Assembly: GCF_051860105.1 (NCBI RefSeq)
Contig: NZ_JBHYEO010000010.1
Location: 2,832 to 66,831 of the forward strand
Length of the DNA: 64,000 nt
Origin: Microcella sp.
GTDB lineage: Bacteria; Actinomycetota; Actinomycetes; Actinomycetales; Microbacteriaceae
Reading direction: 5' to 3'
A model generated the notes under the pieces. It was not told the DNA's origin, did not search any database, and saw only the letters and a program-made list of their open reading frames with translations. Both the position numbers and the translations under genes were made by a program. Of the stretch, positions 54,676 through 64,000 are shown in pieces (position 1 is the first letter of the stretch; each line of letters begins with the position of its first letter).

Positions 54676-54691
54676 CCGCGGCGCGCCCGGC

Positions 54692-54931
54692 TCAGTCGTT
54701 CAGGGTCTCCGGCGGGCGCTCACCGTCGGCCGGCTTATTGGGCGTGACCGCGAGCATGAGCATCGCGAGGGTCACGAGATCGAGCACGAAGGTCGCCCCG
54801 AAGACGATGAGCGAGAGGATCAGGTCGCGCGTGACCATGAGGGTGATGAGGCCGACGAACACGGCCACCAGGGCGGCGAGGCCGACGAGCTCGCCAGGCC
54901 GCAGGGTGATGCGCGAGCGGGGTTCGGTCAT
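54692..54931 (-). CDS. Small two-TM membrane protein
   Basis: 79 aa, LVGLAALVAVFVGLITLMV ... IVFGATFVLDLVTLAMLMLAV. The ATG overlaps the stop of the upstream gene (ATGA 54928-54931). Confidence 0.5.
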   Translation of the reverse strand: MTEPRSRITLRPGELVGLAALVAVFVGLITLMVTRDLILSLIVFGATFVLDLVTLAMLMLAVTPNKPADGERPPETLND

Positions 54932-55527
54932 GAGGCGGCGCTCTCTTTCAGGGGGGTCGACCACTTCAGGCTGAGGCCGGCGATGAGCAGGAAGATGCCG
55001 AGCACGACGGCGTAGGCGCCGAAGAAGCCGACGGCGCTCACCGGATCGCCGACGAGCGCGAGAACGATTGCGAGAGCCAGCGTGCCGACGCCGATGACGA
55101 CGGCATCGCGGGCGAGCGGGCTGCGGTCGCGGTGCCGGATGCCCCACACGAGCTCGAGCGCGCCCGCGAGCACGGCGTACCCGCCGATGAGCAGCAGCAG
55201 CAGCGCGAGGCCCGCCCCGCCGGAGGTCAGCACGACGAGGGCGAGGGCACCCGCGAGGCCCGCGATGATCGCCAGCCCGCGGTGCAGCGGGCGCAGCGGC
55301 TCGAGCGGCCGCATCCGCACGCTCGAGAGCACGAGCACGACCGCCGTGGCGAGACCGAACCCGGCGAGCATGATCAGCCCGAGCGCGGGGGAGTGGTCGG
55401 CCGTGAAGGTGATCGCGAGCCCCACGACGAGTGCGGGAACGGCGCGGAGCAGGGGGGCCGCCCACGGGGAGGGAGTCGCCGGAGCATCCGGGGCGTCCCG
55501 CTCCGGGGTCGAGGGCTCGGAGGTCAT
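54928..55527 (-). CDS. Polytopic membrane protein (DUF308/HdeD-like)
   Basis: It has repeated Gly/Ala/Leu-rich TM helices. Start taken at MTSEPST (ATG 55527). Confidence 0.6.
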   Translation of the reverse strand: MTSEPSTPERDAPDAPATPSPWAAPLLRAVPALVVGLAITFTADHSPALGLIMLAGFGLATAVVLVLSSVRMRPLEPLRPLHRGLAIIAGLAGALALVVLTSGGAGLALLLLLIGGYAVLAGALELVWGIRHRDRSPLARDAVVIGVGTLALAIVLALVGDPVSAVGFFGAYAVVLGIFLLIAGLSLKWSTPLKESAAS

Positions 55528-55597
55528 GCCGACATCGTACGGCCGACCGCCCGAGTGCATCCTGGGGCCCGGTCCGCCGGGCCTCTCGATCGCACGT

Positions 55598-56974
55598 CTA
55601 GATGCGCGGCATATCCGCGAAGCGCGAGAAGTGCCCGTGGAAACCGACGGTGATCGTGTCGGTCGGGCCGTTGCGGTGCTTGGCGACGATGAAGTCGGCC
55701 TCGCCCGCGCGCGGGTTCTCCTTCTCGTACGCGCTCTCGCGGTGCAGCAGGATCACCATGTCGGCGTCCTGCTCGAGCGAGCCCGACTCACGCAGGTCGC
55801 TCAGCGCCGGCTTCTTGTCGGCGCGCTGCTCAGGACCGCGGTTGAGCTGCGAGAGCGCCACGACCGGAACCTGCAGCTCTTTGGCCATGAGCTTGAGGGC
55901 ACGCGAGAACTCGCTGACCTCCTGCTGGCGGCTCTCGACGCGCTTGCCGCTCGTCATGAGCTGCAGGTAGTCGATGATCACCATCTTCAGGCCGACCTTC
56001 TGCTTGAGCCGGCGGCACTTGGCACGGATCTCGACGAGGGTCATGTTGGGGCTGTCGTCGATGTAGAGCGGGGCGTCGTTGATGCGCCCGCGCGTCGCCG
56101 CGATCGTCGTCCAGTCGCGAGCGTCGACCGTGCCCTTGCGCATCGCCTGCAGCGGCACCGAGGCCTCGGCCGAGAGCAGACGCATGGCGATCTCGCTGCG
56201 GCCCATCTCGAGCGAAAAGATGATCGTGGGCATGTCGTGCTTGATGGCGGCGGCCCGGGCGAAGTCGAGCGCGAGCGTCGACTTGCCGAGCGCCGGCCGA
56301 GCGGCGACGAGCACCAACTGACCAGGGTGGAGGCCGTTGGTCAGGGCATCGAGGTCATGGAAGCCCGTGGGCACGCCCGTCATCTGGCCGTCGCGGCCCT
56401 TCGCCGCCTCGATCTCGTCGATCGCCGTCGTGACGGCCTCGGTGAGGGGGATGAAGTCTTCGGCCTCGACGCCGCCCGCGACCTGGTAGATCTCGGCCTG
56501 GGCGTTGTTGACGAGGTCGGTGACCTCGCCCTCGGAGGCGTAGCCCATCTGCACGATGCGCGTTCCGGCCTCGACGAGGCGCCGCAGCACCGCCTTCTCG
56601 GCGACGAGGGAGGCGTAGTAGCCGGCGTTCGCGGCGGTCGGCACGATCGCCGTGAGCGTGTGCAGGTAGTCGGCGCCGCCCGCACGGCTGAGCGCGCCCG
56701 ACTTCGTCAGCTCGTCGGTCACCGCGATGACGTCGGTCGGCTCGCCATGCGAGTAGAGGGTGAGGATCGCCTCGAAGATCACCTCGTGCTTAGGGATGTA
56801 GAAGTCGATGCCGCGCACGCTTTCGATGACGTCGGCGACAGCGTCTTTGCTCAGGAGCATGCCGCCGAGAGCGCTCTGCTCGGCGAGCAGGTCGTGCGGA
56901 GGGACGCGATCGTGGGTGCGCGCATCGGAGGGCGCCCGGGTGTCGGGTGCCGCCGAGATGTGTGCGATCGACAT
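55598..56974 (-). CDS. dnaB: Replicative DNA helicase DnaB
   Basis: PPHDLLAEQSALGGMLLS, Walker A ARPALGKSTLALD, and IIDYLQLM. No intein. Confidence 0.95.
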   Translation of the reverse strand: MSIAHISAAPDTRAPSDARTHDRVPPHDLLAEQSALGGMLLSKDAVADVIESVRGIDFYIPKHEVIFEAILTLYSHGEPTDVIAVTDELTKSGALSRAGGADYLHTLTAIVPTAANAGYYASLVAEKAVLRRLVEAGTRIVQMGYASEGEVTDLVNNAQAEIYQVAGGVEAEDFIPLTEAVTTAIDEIEAAKGRDGQMTGVPTGFHDLDALTNGLHPGQLVLVAARPALGKSTLALDFARAAAIKHDMPTIIFSLEMGRSEIAMRLLSAEASVPLQAMRKGTVDARDWTTIAATRGRINDAPLYIDDSPNMTLVEIRAKCRRLKQKVGLKMVIIDYLQLMTSGKRVESRQQEVSEFSRALKLMAKELQVPVVALSQLNRGPEQRADKKPALSDLRESGSLEQDADMVILLHRESAYEKENPRAGEADFIVAKHRNGPTDTITVGFHGHFSRFADMPRI

Positions 56975-57111
56975 GATCGGCCCCCTTCCCCGGTGCTCGT
57001 CAGTCAGGTCTACCGCCGACCTCCGACGATCGTCGGTGCGACGCGCCCGGCGATGCCGACGGCGTGACGGTTCACCCTAGGAACCCGGCGCATCCACCCT
57101 CAAATCACCCC

Positions 57112-57310
57112 TGTGGATAACTCTGTGGATTCGTGCGGAGAAACGCCGTCGGCGATGTGAGCAACGTGTGGAAACGCCTGTGCACTTCCCCATTGGATTC
57201 TCGTCGATAGTTCTTCTGACCAGGGGTTATTCTCCCCACACCCGGTGTGGAGAAAGAGGGTTCAACCGGCCCCTGAGACTTCGAGAATGAGGGTGAGGAG
57301 CTGTGGACGA
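57112..57310 (+). promoter_or_regulatory. Cluster of DnaA-box-like 9-mers between the rplI terminator and dnaB
   Basis: TGTGGATAA (57112-57120, perfect complement of TTATCCACA), TGTGGATTC (57124), TGTGGAAAC (57167), TGTGGAGAA (57246) and TGTGGACGA (57302) are all on the same strand. CCCCACA lies on the opposite strand (57234-57240). Confidence 0.5.
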
Positions 57311-57341
57311 ACACGCCGTCTACCCCTTGACACAGGGATGC

Positions 57342-57379
57342 AGAAAGCGGTACCCGCGCCGAGGCGCGAGTACCGCTTT
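57342..57379 (-). terminator. Hairpin downstream of rplI
   Basis: GAAAGCGGTAC...GTACCGCTTTC (11-bp outer stem with an inner GC stem), 17 nt after the rplI stop. Confidence 0.55.
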
Positions 57380-57395
57380 CGAGTGCTGCGAACGC

Positions 57396-57848
57396 CTACT
57401 TCGCGGCCACGACCGTGATGGTGATGGTCGCGACGACACCGTCGCGCAGCTTGAGGATCGCCTCGTGCTGGCCAAGACCCTTGATGGGCGCGACGAGCTC
57501 GAGCAGGCGCTTGTCGATCGAGCCGAGGCCGGCGGCCGCGACCGCGTCGGCGACGTCACCGGTCTTGACCGAGCCGAACAGCCGGCCCTCGGAGCCCGCC
57601 TTGACGGCGAGCGTCACGGGGTTCGCCTCGAGGCGCGCCTTGAGGTCGAGGGCCTCCTCGATCGTGGCGTGCTCGCGCGCCGCGCGCGCCGCCTTGATCG
57701 AGTCGACCTGCTTCTCGCCCCCGCGGCTCCATGCCACGGCGAGACCCTGGGGGATGAGGTAGTTGCGGGCGTACCCGTTCTTGACCTCGACGACATCGCC
57801 GGGGGCACCGAGACCGGTGACGTCCTGCGTGAGAATGAGCTTCGACAT
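57396..57848 (-). CDS. rplI: 50S ribosomal protein L9
   Basis: [37 protein letters not shown]. Confidence 0.95.
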   Translation of the reverse strand: MSKLILTQDVTGLGAPGDVVEVKNGYARNYLIPQGLAVAWSRGGEKQVDSIKAARAAREHATIEEALDLKARLEANPVTLAVKAGSEGRLFGSVKTGDVADAVAAAGLGSIDKRLLELVAPIKGLGQHEAILKLRDGVVATITITVVAAK

Positions 57849-57857
57849 CAGGTGCTC

Positions 57858-58118
57858 CTATCGGCCCGCGCCCGCGTACGGCAGCAGGGCCATCTCGCGC
57901 GCGTTCTTGACGGCGCGGGCGATGAGGCGCTGCTCCTGCACGGAGACACCGGTGATGCGACGGGCGCGGATCTTCCCGCGCTCCGAGATGAACTTGCGGA
58001 GGGTTGCGACGTCTTTGTAGTCGATGACGCCGACGCGGATCGCCTTAGCGGGAGCGGCGTTCTTCGCGCCTTTGCCACCGCGCGGCTTGCGGCGGTCGCC
58101 GCTGCTCTTGCCAGCCAT
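57858..58118 (-). CDS. rpsR: 30S ribosomal protein S18
   Basis: [50 protein letters not shown]. Confidence 0.95.
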   Translation of the reverse strand: MAGKSSGDRRKPRGGKGAKNAAPAKAIRVGVIDYKDVATLRKFISERGKIRARRITGVSVQEQRLIARAVKNAREMALLPYAGAGR

Positions 58119-58176
58119 GTGGTTGTCCTTTTCTTACGGGATGTTCAGAAGTGGTGCGCTCAGCGAGCTGAACGGA

Positions 58177-58689
58177 TCAGAAGGGGGTGTCGTCCGAGAA
58201 CGAACCGGGGGTGTTCCAGACGTCGCCGCCCGCGGGTGCGCCGCCAGCAGCGGGTGCGCCCCAGGGCTCGTCGGCGATCGGTGCGCCGCCGGTGCGGCCT
58301 CCCATCGCGCCGCCGCCGGCGCTGCTCGCGCTGCGGGTCACCGCAGCGGTCGCGTAGCGCAGGCTCGGGCCGATCTCGTCGACCTCGAGCTCGATGGTCG
58401 TGCGCTTCTCGCCCTCTTTGGTCTCGTACGACCGCTGCTTCAGACGACCCTGCGCGATGACGCGCGAGCCCTTCGTCAGCGACGAGGCGACGTGCTCGGC
58501 GAACTCGCGCCACACGCTCGCGCGCAGGAACAGGGCCTCGCCGTCCTTCCACTCGTTCGACGCGCGGTCGAACGAACGAGGGGTCGAGGCGATCGTGAAG
58601 TTCGCGACGGCGAGTCCGCTCTGCGTGTACCGCAGTTCGGGGTCGGCGGTGAGGTTGCCGACAACGGTGATGATCGTCTCGCCGGCCAC
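58177..58689 (-). CDS. ssb: Single-stranded DNA-binding protein
   Basis: [36 protein letters not shown], with a Gly-rich tail ending in DDTPF. Confidence 0.95.
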   Translation of the reverse strand: MAGETIITVVGNLTADPELRYTQSGLAVANFTIASTPRSFDRASNEWKDGEALFLRASVWREFAEHVASSLTKGSRVIAQGRLKQRSYETKEGEKRTTIELEVDEIGPSLRYATAAVTRSASSAGGGAMGGRTGGAPIADEPWGAPAAGGAPAGGDVWNTPGSFSDDTPF

Positions 58690-58691
58690 GA

Positions 58692-59093
58692 TTACTCCGC
58701 TGCCTTGGCGGACGCGGCGGCCTTCGACGCCGCGACGGCCGCGCGGGCGGCCTTCGACTCGGCGCGGGCCGTGTTGTCGGCCTCGATCGACGCGGCGCGG
58801 GCCACGGCCTCCTCGGTGCGGAGCACCTTCGTGCGCATGACCGCCTCGCTGAGCTTCAGCTGGCGATCGAGCTCCTGGGTCGCGGCCGAGGTCGCCGTGA
58901 AGTTGACGACGGCGTAGATGCCCTCGGTCTTCTTGTTGATCTCGTAAGCGAGCCGGCGACGGCCCCAGATGTCGACGGTCTCGATGGTGCCGCCGTCGTT
59001 CCGGATCACGCCGAGGAACTTGTCCAGGCTCGGAGCGACAGTGCGCTCATCGATCTCCGGGTCGAGAATGACCATCAATTCGTACTGATGCAT
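58692..59093 (-). CDS. rpsF: 30S ribosomal protein S6
   Basis: [27 protein letters not shown]...[10 protein letters not shown]. Confidence 0.95.
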   Translation of the reverse strand: MHQYELMVILDPEIDERTVAPSLDKFLGVIRNDGGTIETVDIWGRRRLAYEINKKTEGIYAVVNFTATSAATQELDRQLKLSEAVMRTKVLRTEEAVARAASIEADNTARAESKAARAAVAASKAAASAKAAE

Positions 59094-59122
59094 GACTCAC
59101 CCACCTCCTTCGGACTCGAACG

Positions 59123-59141
59123 GCTGCAGACGGTCTGCAGC
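59123..59141 (-). promoter_or_regulatory. Perfect hairpin in the rpsF 5' leader, just upstream of the Shine-Dalgarno sequence
   Basis: GCTGCAGAC-g-GTCTGCAGC read directly, about 20 nt upstream of GAAGGAGG and the rpsF ATG. It could be an S6:S18 autoregulatory leader element, but this is unverified. Confidence 0.3.
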
Positions 59142-59239
59142 AGGAGGGTTATGGCATCGTGTGCGCCCGCGCGCCAGAGCGGCGGGGCAACCTGCAGAGT
59201 CTAGTCGGATGCGGAGCCCGACTCAAACCATAGGTCCGG

Positions 59240-60676
59240 TCACCCCGACCGCTGCGCGAACCACTCGCGCAGCCGGCGCTCGGCCTCCTCGGCGCCGAGC
59301 GGTCCCGCGTCGAGGCGCAGCTCGAGCAGGAACCGGTAGGCCTCCCCCACGACCGGGCCGGGTCGGATGCCCAGCAGGGCCATGATCTGCTCGCCGTCGA
59401 GGTCGGGCCGGATCGCCTGCAGCTCCTCCTGCTCGGCGAGCGCGGCGATGCGCTGCTCCAGCTCGTCGTACGCGCCGCGCAACCGCGCCTCCTTGCGGCG
59501 GTTGCGCGTCGTGACATCGGCGCGGGTGAGGATATGCAGGCGCTCGAGCAGAGCATCCGCGTCGCGCACGTAGCGGCGCACGCCGGAATCGGTCCATGGC
59601 GCGTCGCTGTAGCCGAAGAAGCGCAGGTGCAGCTCGATGAGACGACTGACGGCGGTGATGGTCTCCTTGTCGAAGCGCAGAGCGGTCAGGCGCTTGCGGG
59701 CGAGCTTCGCGCCCACGACGTCATGGTGATGGAAGGTCACCGCGCCACCCGGTTCGACGCGCTTCGTCGCGGGCTTGCCGATGTCGTGCAGCAGGGCGGC
59801 CAGCCGCAGCACGACGTCGGGGGAGGCCTCGGGGGTGCGCGCGGCCTCGAGCTCGATCGCCTGCTCGAGCACCGTGAGCGAGTGCTCGTAGACATCCTTG
59901 TGGTGAGCGTGCTCGTCGACCTCGAGCCGCAGGGCCGGAAGCTCGGGCACGACGAGCTCCGCGAGCCCCGTGTCGACCAGCAGGGTGAGCCCGCGGCGGG
60001 GCGAAGCGGTGCAGAGCAGCTTGACGAGCTCATCGCGCATCCGCTCGGCAGAGATGATCGACAAGCGGTCGCGCATCCGCCCCATCGCCTCGACGACCGC
60101 CGGATCGAGGTCGACCTCGAGCTGCGCCGCGAACCGGGCGGCGCGCAGCATGCGCAACGGGTCGTCGCCGAACGAGTCGTCGGGGCTGCCGGGCGTCATG
60201 AGCCGGCGGGCGAACAGGTCGTCCAGACCACCCGAGGGGTCGACGAGGGTGCGGCCCGGAAGACGCAGTGCCATCGCATTGATCGTGAAGTCGCGACGGA
60301 TGAGGTCGCCCTCGAGCGTGTCGCCGAACGCGACCTCGGGCTTGCGCGAGTCGGGGGAGTACGCGTCGGCGCGGTAGGTCGTGATCTCGACGGTGTGCTC
60401 ACCGAGCCGTGCGCCGATCGTGCCGAAGGCCCGCCCGATGTCCCAGTGCGCGTCGGCGACGGGCTTCACGATGCGGATGATCTCGTCGGGCCGCGCGGAG
60501 GTGGCCAGGTCGAGGTCGTTGACCGCACGGCCCAGGAAGGCGTCGCGCACCGGCCCTCCGACGAGCGCGAGCTCGTGGCCGGCGGCGGCGAATCGCTCAG
60601 CGAGCGTGGCGAGCGGTTCTGCTGCGGCGAGGGCCTCGAGTCGGGTGACGGCCGCGGCCACGCTCTCCATAGTCAC
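59240..60676 (-). CDS. cca: CCA-adding tRNA nucleotidyltransferase / poly(A) polymerase family with HD domain
   Basis: ALVGGPVRDAFLGR...NDLDLAT, the head-domain motif RRDFTINA, and HD region LLHDIGKP. Confidence 0.88.
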   Translation of the reverse strand: MTMESVAAAVTRLEALAAAEPLATLAERFAAAGHELALVGGPVRDAFLGRAVNDLDLATSARPDEIIRIVKPVADAHWDIGRAFGTIGARLGEHTVEITTYRADAYSPDSRKPEVAFGDTLEGDLIRRDFTINAMALRLPGRTLVDPSGGLDDLFARRLMTPGSPDDSFGDDPLRMLRAARFAAQLEVDLDPAVVEAMGRMRDRLSIISAERMRDELVKLLCTASPRRGLTLLVDTGLAELVVPELPALRLEVDEHAHHKDVYEHSLTVLEQAIELEAARTPEASPDVVLRLAALLHDIGKPATKRVEPGGAVTFHHHDVVGAKLARKRLTALRFDKETITAVSRLIELHLRFFGYSDAPWTDSGVRRYVRDADALLERLHILTRADVTTRNRRKEARLRGAYDELEQRIAALAEQEELQAIRPDLDGEQIMALLGIRPGPVVGEAYRFLLELRLDAGPLGAEEAERRLREWFAQRSG

Positions 60677-60695
60677 CAGAGTCTAGACTTCCCCC

Positions 60696-62789
60696 ATGTC
60701 GGCCGAGCGGGAACGAAGCGGTCGTCGCGCGCTCGGCCCGACCCTCCGCACGCTCGCCACCGCCCTGACCGCTCTCGCCCTCGGGGCCGGGCTCCTGCTC
60801 GATCCCCTCGCTGCGGCCGGGGTGGCGGATGCCGCCCGCTCGGTCACGACCGACGACACCGACGGGGTCGCCCTCGATGTCGTCGCGGCCCCCTCGGCGA
60901 CCGGCGTCGTGCGCCCCGGCGAGCCCCTGAGCGTCCGGGTCACCGTCAGCAACCCGAGCCGACAGCCGACGGGCGAGATCGCTCTCACCCTCGCGATCGA
61001 CGGTGCGCGCTCGGTCGACCCCGCCGAGCTCTCCGCCTGGTTCGAGGCCGGAACGGACGGCGGCGAGGACGGCTCCGAGGGTCGCGCGGTCGCCGCCGCC
61101 ACGCTCTCGTCGCTCGACCCGGGTGCGAGCGCGGTGCTCGATCTCATCGTGCCCGTGAGCGACACCGTGCTGAGCGGCTCCTTCGGCCCGCGGCTCGCGA
61201 GCGTGCGTGCAGAGGCTGGCGAGACGGGCGGCGGCCTCACCGTCGTGACCGATCGCACCGCCGTCGTCTGGGTTCCCGACACGGCGGCTGTGCCCATCGC
61301 GAGCACGACCTTCGTCGCCGCGATCACCACCCCCGGCGAGACCGCCGCCGTCCTCTCCGCCGAGCAGCTCGAGCGGTACACCGGGGAGGCCGGAGCTCTC
61401 AGCCGCACGCTCGACGCCGTGGCGGGCCGGCCGGTGCTGCTCGCGATCGACCCGCGCATCATCGCCTCGATCCGCCTGCTGGGCGATCAGGCGCCTGCGT
61501 CAGCGGTCGCCTTCCTCGCGCGGCTGGAGGCCGCGCCCAACGACAGCGTGCTGCTGCCGTGGGCTGACGCTGATCCGGTGGCGACGATCTCAGCCGCGTC
61601 GATCCCGCTGCCGTTGCCGGAAGGCGCCGGCGTGCCGACCGCGGGCAGCACCGAGGGCGACGCGACGCCGAGCCCCAGCCCCACGCCCGAGCAGTCGATC
61701 ACGCTCGACGAGCTCTCCGCCTGGCCGACCACGATCGCGGGCCTAGCCTGGGCGGAGTCCGGCGCGATCACCGCCGACAGCATCGCCGTGCTCGCCGAGC
61801 AGGGCACGTCGGTGCTCATCGCGCCGGGCTCATCGCTCGCTGACGACGATCCGGTGCAGCAGCTCTCCGATGTGCGCGTGCTGCGTGCGGATGACGCGCT
61901 CTCCGCGGCGGCGCGCGACGCCAGCCTCGCGGTCTCGCAGCAGCGCTTCGATCGGGCGATGGCCCGCGTCTCGGCACTGCTCGCCGCGAGCGCTGAGGGT
62001 CAGCCGGGCATCCCGGCCCTCATCGCGCTCGGACGCGATCGCCTGGCCGGCTCCGACCGCCTGCTCGACACGATCGCCCAGACGGTGGCCCTGCCCTGGT
62101 CGACGGGAACCTCCGCCTCCGAGGTGCTCGCCCGCCCCGCGGTCGACGGCGCGATCATCGAGCGAGCGCTCGACCCCGAGCGTGCCGACGAGATCCGCGC
62201 GGCACTGACGGCAGAAGCCGACGACCGGCTGTTCGCGACCATCGCGGTCACCCCCGAGGCCATCACCGATGTTCGTCGTCTCGAGCTGCTCGCCGCTCTC
62301 TCCCTGGGCTGGGGCGAGCGGTCCGTCGAGGCGCTGCAGCGGTTCGTGTCCTCCTCGGTAGCGCTCCGGTCGTCGGTGCAGGTGGTCGAGAGCAGTGCGA
62401 TCACCCTGCTTGCCGACCGCGCGTCACTGCCGGTCACCGTACAGAACGATCTCAATGTCGCGGTGCGGGTGTTCGTGCGGGTCGAGCCCGACACCGCCCA
62501 GCTGCGCGTCGTTGACTCGCGCGTCGAGACACTCGTCGAGCCGCAGTCGCAGACGCGAGCGCTCGTGCCCGTCGAATCGCTGACCAACGGGCAGGTCGAC
62601 ATCACCGTGACAGTGCGAGATTCCGAGAGCCGCGTCATCGGCTCGCCGACCCGCGTGGCACTCAACCTGCAGGCCGGGTGGGAGACGGCCGGCACAATCG
62701 CCGTGGCCATCGCGCTCGTGCTCCTGCTCACCGTGGGCATCACCCGCGACATTCGCAAGCGCCGACGGCGCCGGGCGGAGGAGGCGTGA
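60696..62789 (+). CDS. Large secreted/membrane-anchored hypothetical protein (conserved next to murJ in actinobacteria)
   Basis: 697-aa ORF with an N-terminal signal-like segment and a C-terminal TM anchor followed by RKRRRRRAEEA. Confidence 0.6.
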   Translation: MSAERERSGRRALGPTLRTLATALTALALGAGLLLDPLAAAGVADAARSVTTDDTDGVALDVVAAPSATGVVRPGEPLSVRVTVSNPSRQPTGEIALTLAIDGARSVDPAELSAWFEAGTDGGEDGSEGRAVAAATLSSLDPGASAVLDLIVPVSDTVLSGSFGPRLASVRAEAGETGGGLTVVTDRTAVVWVPDTAAVPIASTTFVAAITTPGETAAVLSAEQLERYTGEAGALSRTLDAVAGRPVLLAIDPRIIASIRLLGDQAPASAVAFLARLEAAPNDSVLLPWADADPVATISAASIPLPLPEGAGVPTAGSTEGDATPSPSPTPEQSITLDELSAWPTTIAGLAWAESGAITADSIAVLAEQGTSVLIAPGSSLADDDPVQQLSDVRVLRADDALSAAARDASLAVSQQRFDRAMARVSALLAASAEGQPGIPALIALGRDRLAGSDRLLDTIAQTVALPWSTGTSASEVLARPAVDGAIIERALDPERADEIRAALTAEADDRLFATIAVTPEAITDVRRLELLAALSLGWGERSVEALQRFVSSSVALRSSVQVVESSAITLLADRASLPVTVQNDLNVAVRVFVRVEPDTAQLRVVDSRVETLVEPQSQTRALVPVESLTNGQVDITVTVRDSESRVIGSPTRVALNLQAGWETAGTIAVAIALVLLLTVGITRDIRKRRRRRAEEA

Positions 62790-64000
62790 CGACGACCGGC
62801 GACGGCAGTATCCGCCGCGCGAGCCTCATGCTCGCCTCGGGCACCATCGTGTCGCGCGTGCTCGGGTTCGTCAGCGCTGTCATGCTCACCACGACTATCG
62901 GCGCAACCGGCTCTGGGGCCAACACCTTCGCGCTCGCCAACCAGTTGCCCAACAACATCTACGCGATCGTCGCCGGCGGTGTGCTGAGCGCCGTTCTGGT
63001 GCCGCAGATCGTGCGCGCAAGCGTCGACGACGACGGCGGACAGCGCTTCATCAATCGACTCGTGACGATCGGAATCACGGTGTTCCTCGTCGCGGGAGTG
63101 CTCGCGACCCTCGCGGCACCCCTGCTCGTCAGCGTGTACACGGTCTCGGCCGACGGTTCGGGCGAAGGCGGGTTCACGCCCGATGAGATCTCTCTCGCCG
63201 TCATGTTCGCTTACTGGTGCCTGCCGCAAGTTCTCTTCTACGCCCTGTACACGCTCTTCGGCGAGGTGCTCAACGCACGTCGCGTCTTCGGGCCGTTTAC
63301 CTGGGCGCCCGCCATCAACAACGTCGTGGCCATCGCGGGCATGATCGCCTTCGGGCTGCTCTTCGATGCCGACGTGAGAGACGCGACAGCCTGGACCCCC
63401 GCCATGGTCGCGGTGCTGGGCGGCACGGCCACCCTCGGCGTAGCCGCACAGGCGTTTGTGCTCGTGCTGTTCTGGCGCCGCGCCGGACTGCGCTACCGCC
63501 CCGATTTCCGTTGGCGCGGAGCGGGCCTGGGCGCCACGGGCCGAGCCTCCGGCTGGGTGTTCGCGATGATCATCGTGATGCAGGCGGGCGGCATCGTGCA
63601 GACGCGCGTCGCGTCGATCGCGGCGACAGATGATGACGCCTCGCTGATGGTGATGCGCACCGCCTGGTTGCTCTTCATGCTGCCGCACTCGGTAGTGGTC
63701 GTCTCGCTCGTCACCGCTTACCTCACGCGTATGAGCACCCACGCGCGCGATGGCGACCGCGAGTCGGTGCGCGTCGACACGAACGAAGCTATCCGGATCA
63801 CGAGCCTCTTCATGACCCTCGCGACGGTCGGTCTCATCGCCGTCGCCGTGCCGTTCGGTCGCGTGTTCGACGCGACGGCGATCGACCAGATCGCGATCGT
63901 GCTCATCGCCTTCGTCGTGGGCCTCGTGCCGTTCAGCGTGTACTTCGTCATGCAACGGGTGTTCTACGCGATCGATGACACGCGCACGGCCTTCTGGCTG
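62786..64000 (+). CDS. murJ: Lipid II flippase MurJ (MviN), N-terminal part; continues right of the window
   Basis: GTG at 62786 overlaps the upstream TGA. Translation gives VTTTGDGSIRRASLMLASGTIVSRVLGFVSAVMLTTTIGATGSGANTFALANQLPNNIYAIVAGGVLSAVLVPQIVRA. Confidence 0.85.
   Translation, partial: MTTTGDGSIRRASLMLASGTIVSRVLGFVSAVMLTTTIGATGSGANTFALANQLPNNIYAIVAGGVLSAVLVPQIVRASVDDDGGQRFINRLVTIGITVFLVAGVLATLAAPLLVSVYTVSADGSGEGGFTPDEISLAVMFAYWCLPQVLFYALYTLFGEVLNARRVFGPFTWAPAINNVVAIAGMIAFGLLFDADVRDATAWTPAMVAVLGGTATLGVAAQAFVLVLFWRRAGLRYRPDFRWRGAGLGATGRASGWVFAMIIVMQAGGIVQTRVASIAATDDDASLMVMRTAWLLFMLPHSVVVVSLVTAYLTRMSTHARDGDRESVRVDTNEAIRITSLFMTLATVGLIAVAVPFGRVFDATAIDQIAIVLIAFVVGLVPFSVYFVMQRVFYAIDDTRTAFWL

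Noticed and set aside
55082-57067. 661-aa plus-strand ORF.
   Set aside because: It is antisense to dnaB and the DUF308-like gene. It is a high-GC shadow ORF.
59534-63955. Long ORFs 59534..61567 (+), 60683..61462 (-) and 62000..63955 (-).
   Set aside because: They are shadows of cca, the 697-aa conserved protein and murJ. Their composition is not protein-like.
1-64000. Looked for CRISPR arrays, tRNA/rRNA genes, reverse transcriptases, cyclases/TIR/SIR2-type defence genes and integrases.
   Set aside because: I saw no regularly spaced direct repeats, no cloverleaf-compatible sequences in intergenic regions, and none of those protein families among the plausible ORFs.

Overview
High-GC actinobacterial chromosome, Microbacteriaceae-like by gene content. 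All family calls come from motifs read by eye in the translations; no searches were run.

The window has two compositionally distinct halves.

(1) About 1-32.9 kb is a visibly lower-GC accessory, defence-type island. It contains, in order:
- A partial operon of NYN-domain protein, HTH-methyltransferase/specificity fusion, MmeI/PglX-like N6-methyltransferase and DExH helicase. The helicase runs off the left edge.
- A ~550-bp non-coding spacer full of perfect palindromes.
- A complete type I Wadjet system (jetABCD).
- A divergent Abi_C/HEPN gene.
- A minus-strand cluster of helicase-associated-domain protein, HAD-like phosphatase, GNAT, metallophosphoesterase and excisionase-type HTH.
- A ParB-N/Dam-like methyltransferase next to an Mrr-type endonuclease.
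- A tightly coupled Tn7-like transposition module (tnsA, tnsB, tnsC/tniB, tniQ).
- A translationally coupled pair of dynamin-like GTPases (Eleos/LeoA-LeoBC-like) plus a small membrane protein.

No integrase, CRISPR array, tRNA or rRNA was seen.

(2) About 33-64 kb is ordinary very-high-GC core genome:
- alpha/beta-hydrolase membrane protein, XRE regulator, Pif1-like helicase, CopD/CtaG
- hup and rpmB-rpmG-rpsN
- znuA-znuC-znuB-zur operon with a palindromic Zur-box-like operator
- branched-chain keto-acid dehydrogenase E1alpha/E1beta/E2 and an aminotransferase
- LMW phosphotyrosine phosphatase, purB, dnaB, rpsF-ssb-rpsR-rplI, cca and murJ (partial)

Most interesting:
- the Tn7-like element and its TniQ with a C-terminal array of five zinc-ribbon repeats
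- the dynamin-like cargo
- the unclassified two-methyltransferase/helicase/NYN operon
- the possible RNA-repair-like cluster
- a cluster of same-orientation DnaA-box-like 9-mers in front of dnaB

Many long ORFs in the track for the high-GC half are antisense shadow ORFs and were not called.
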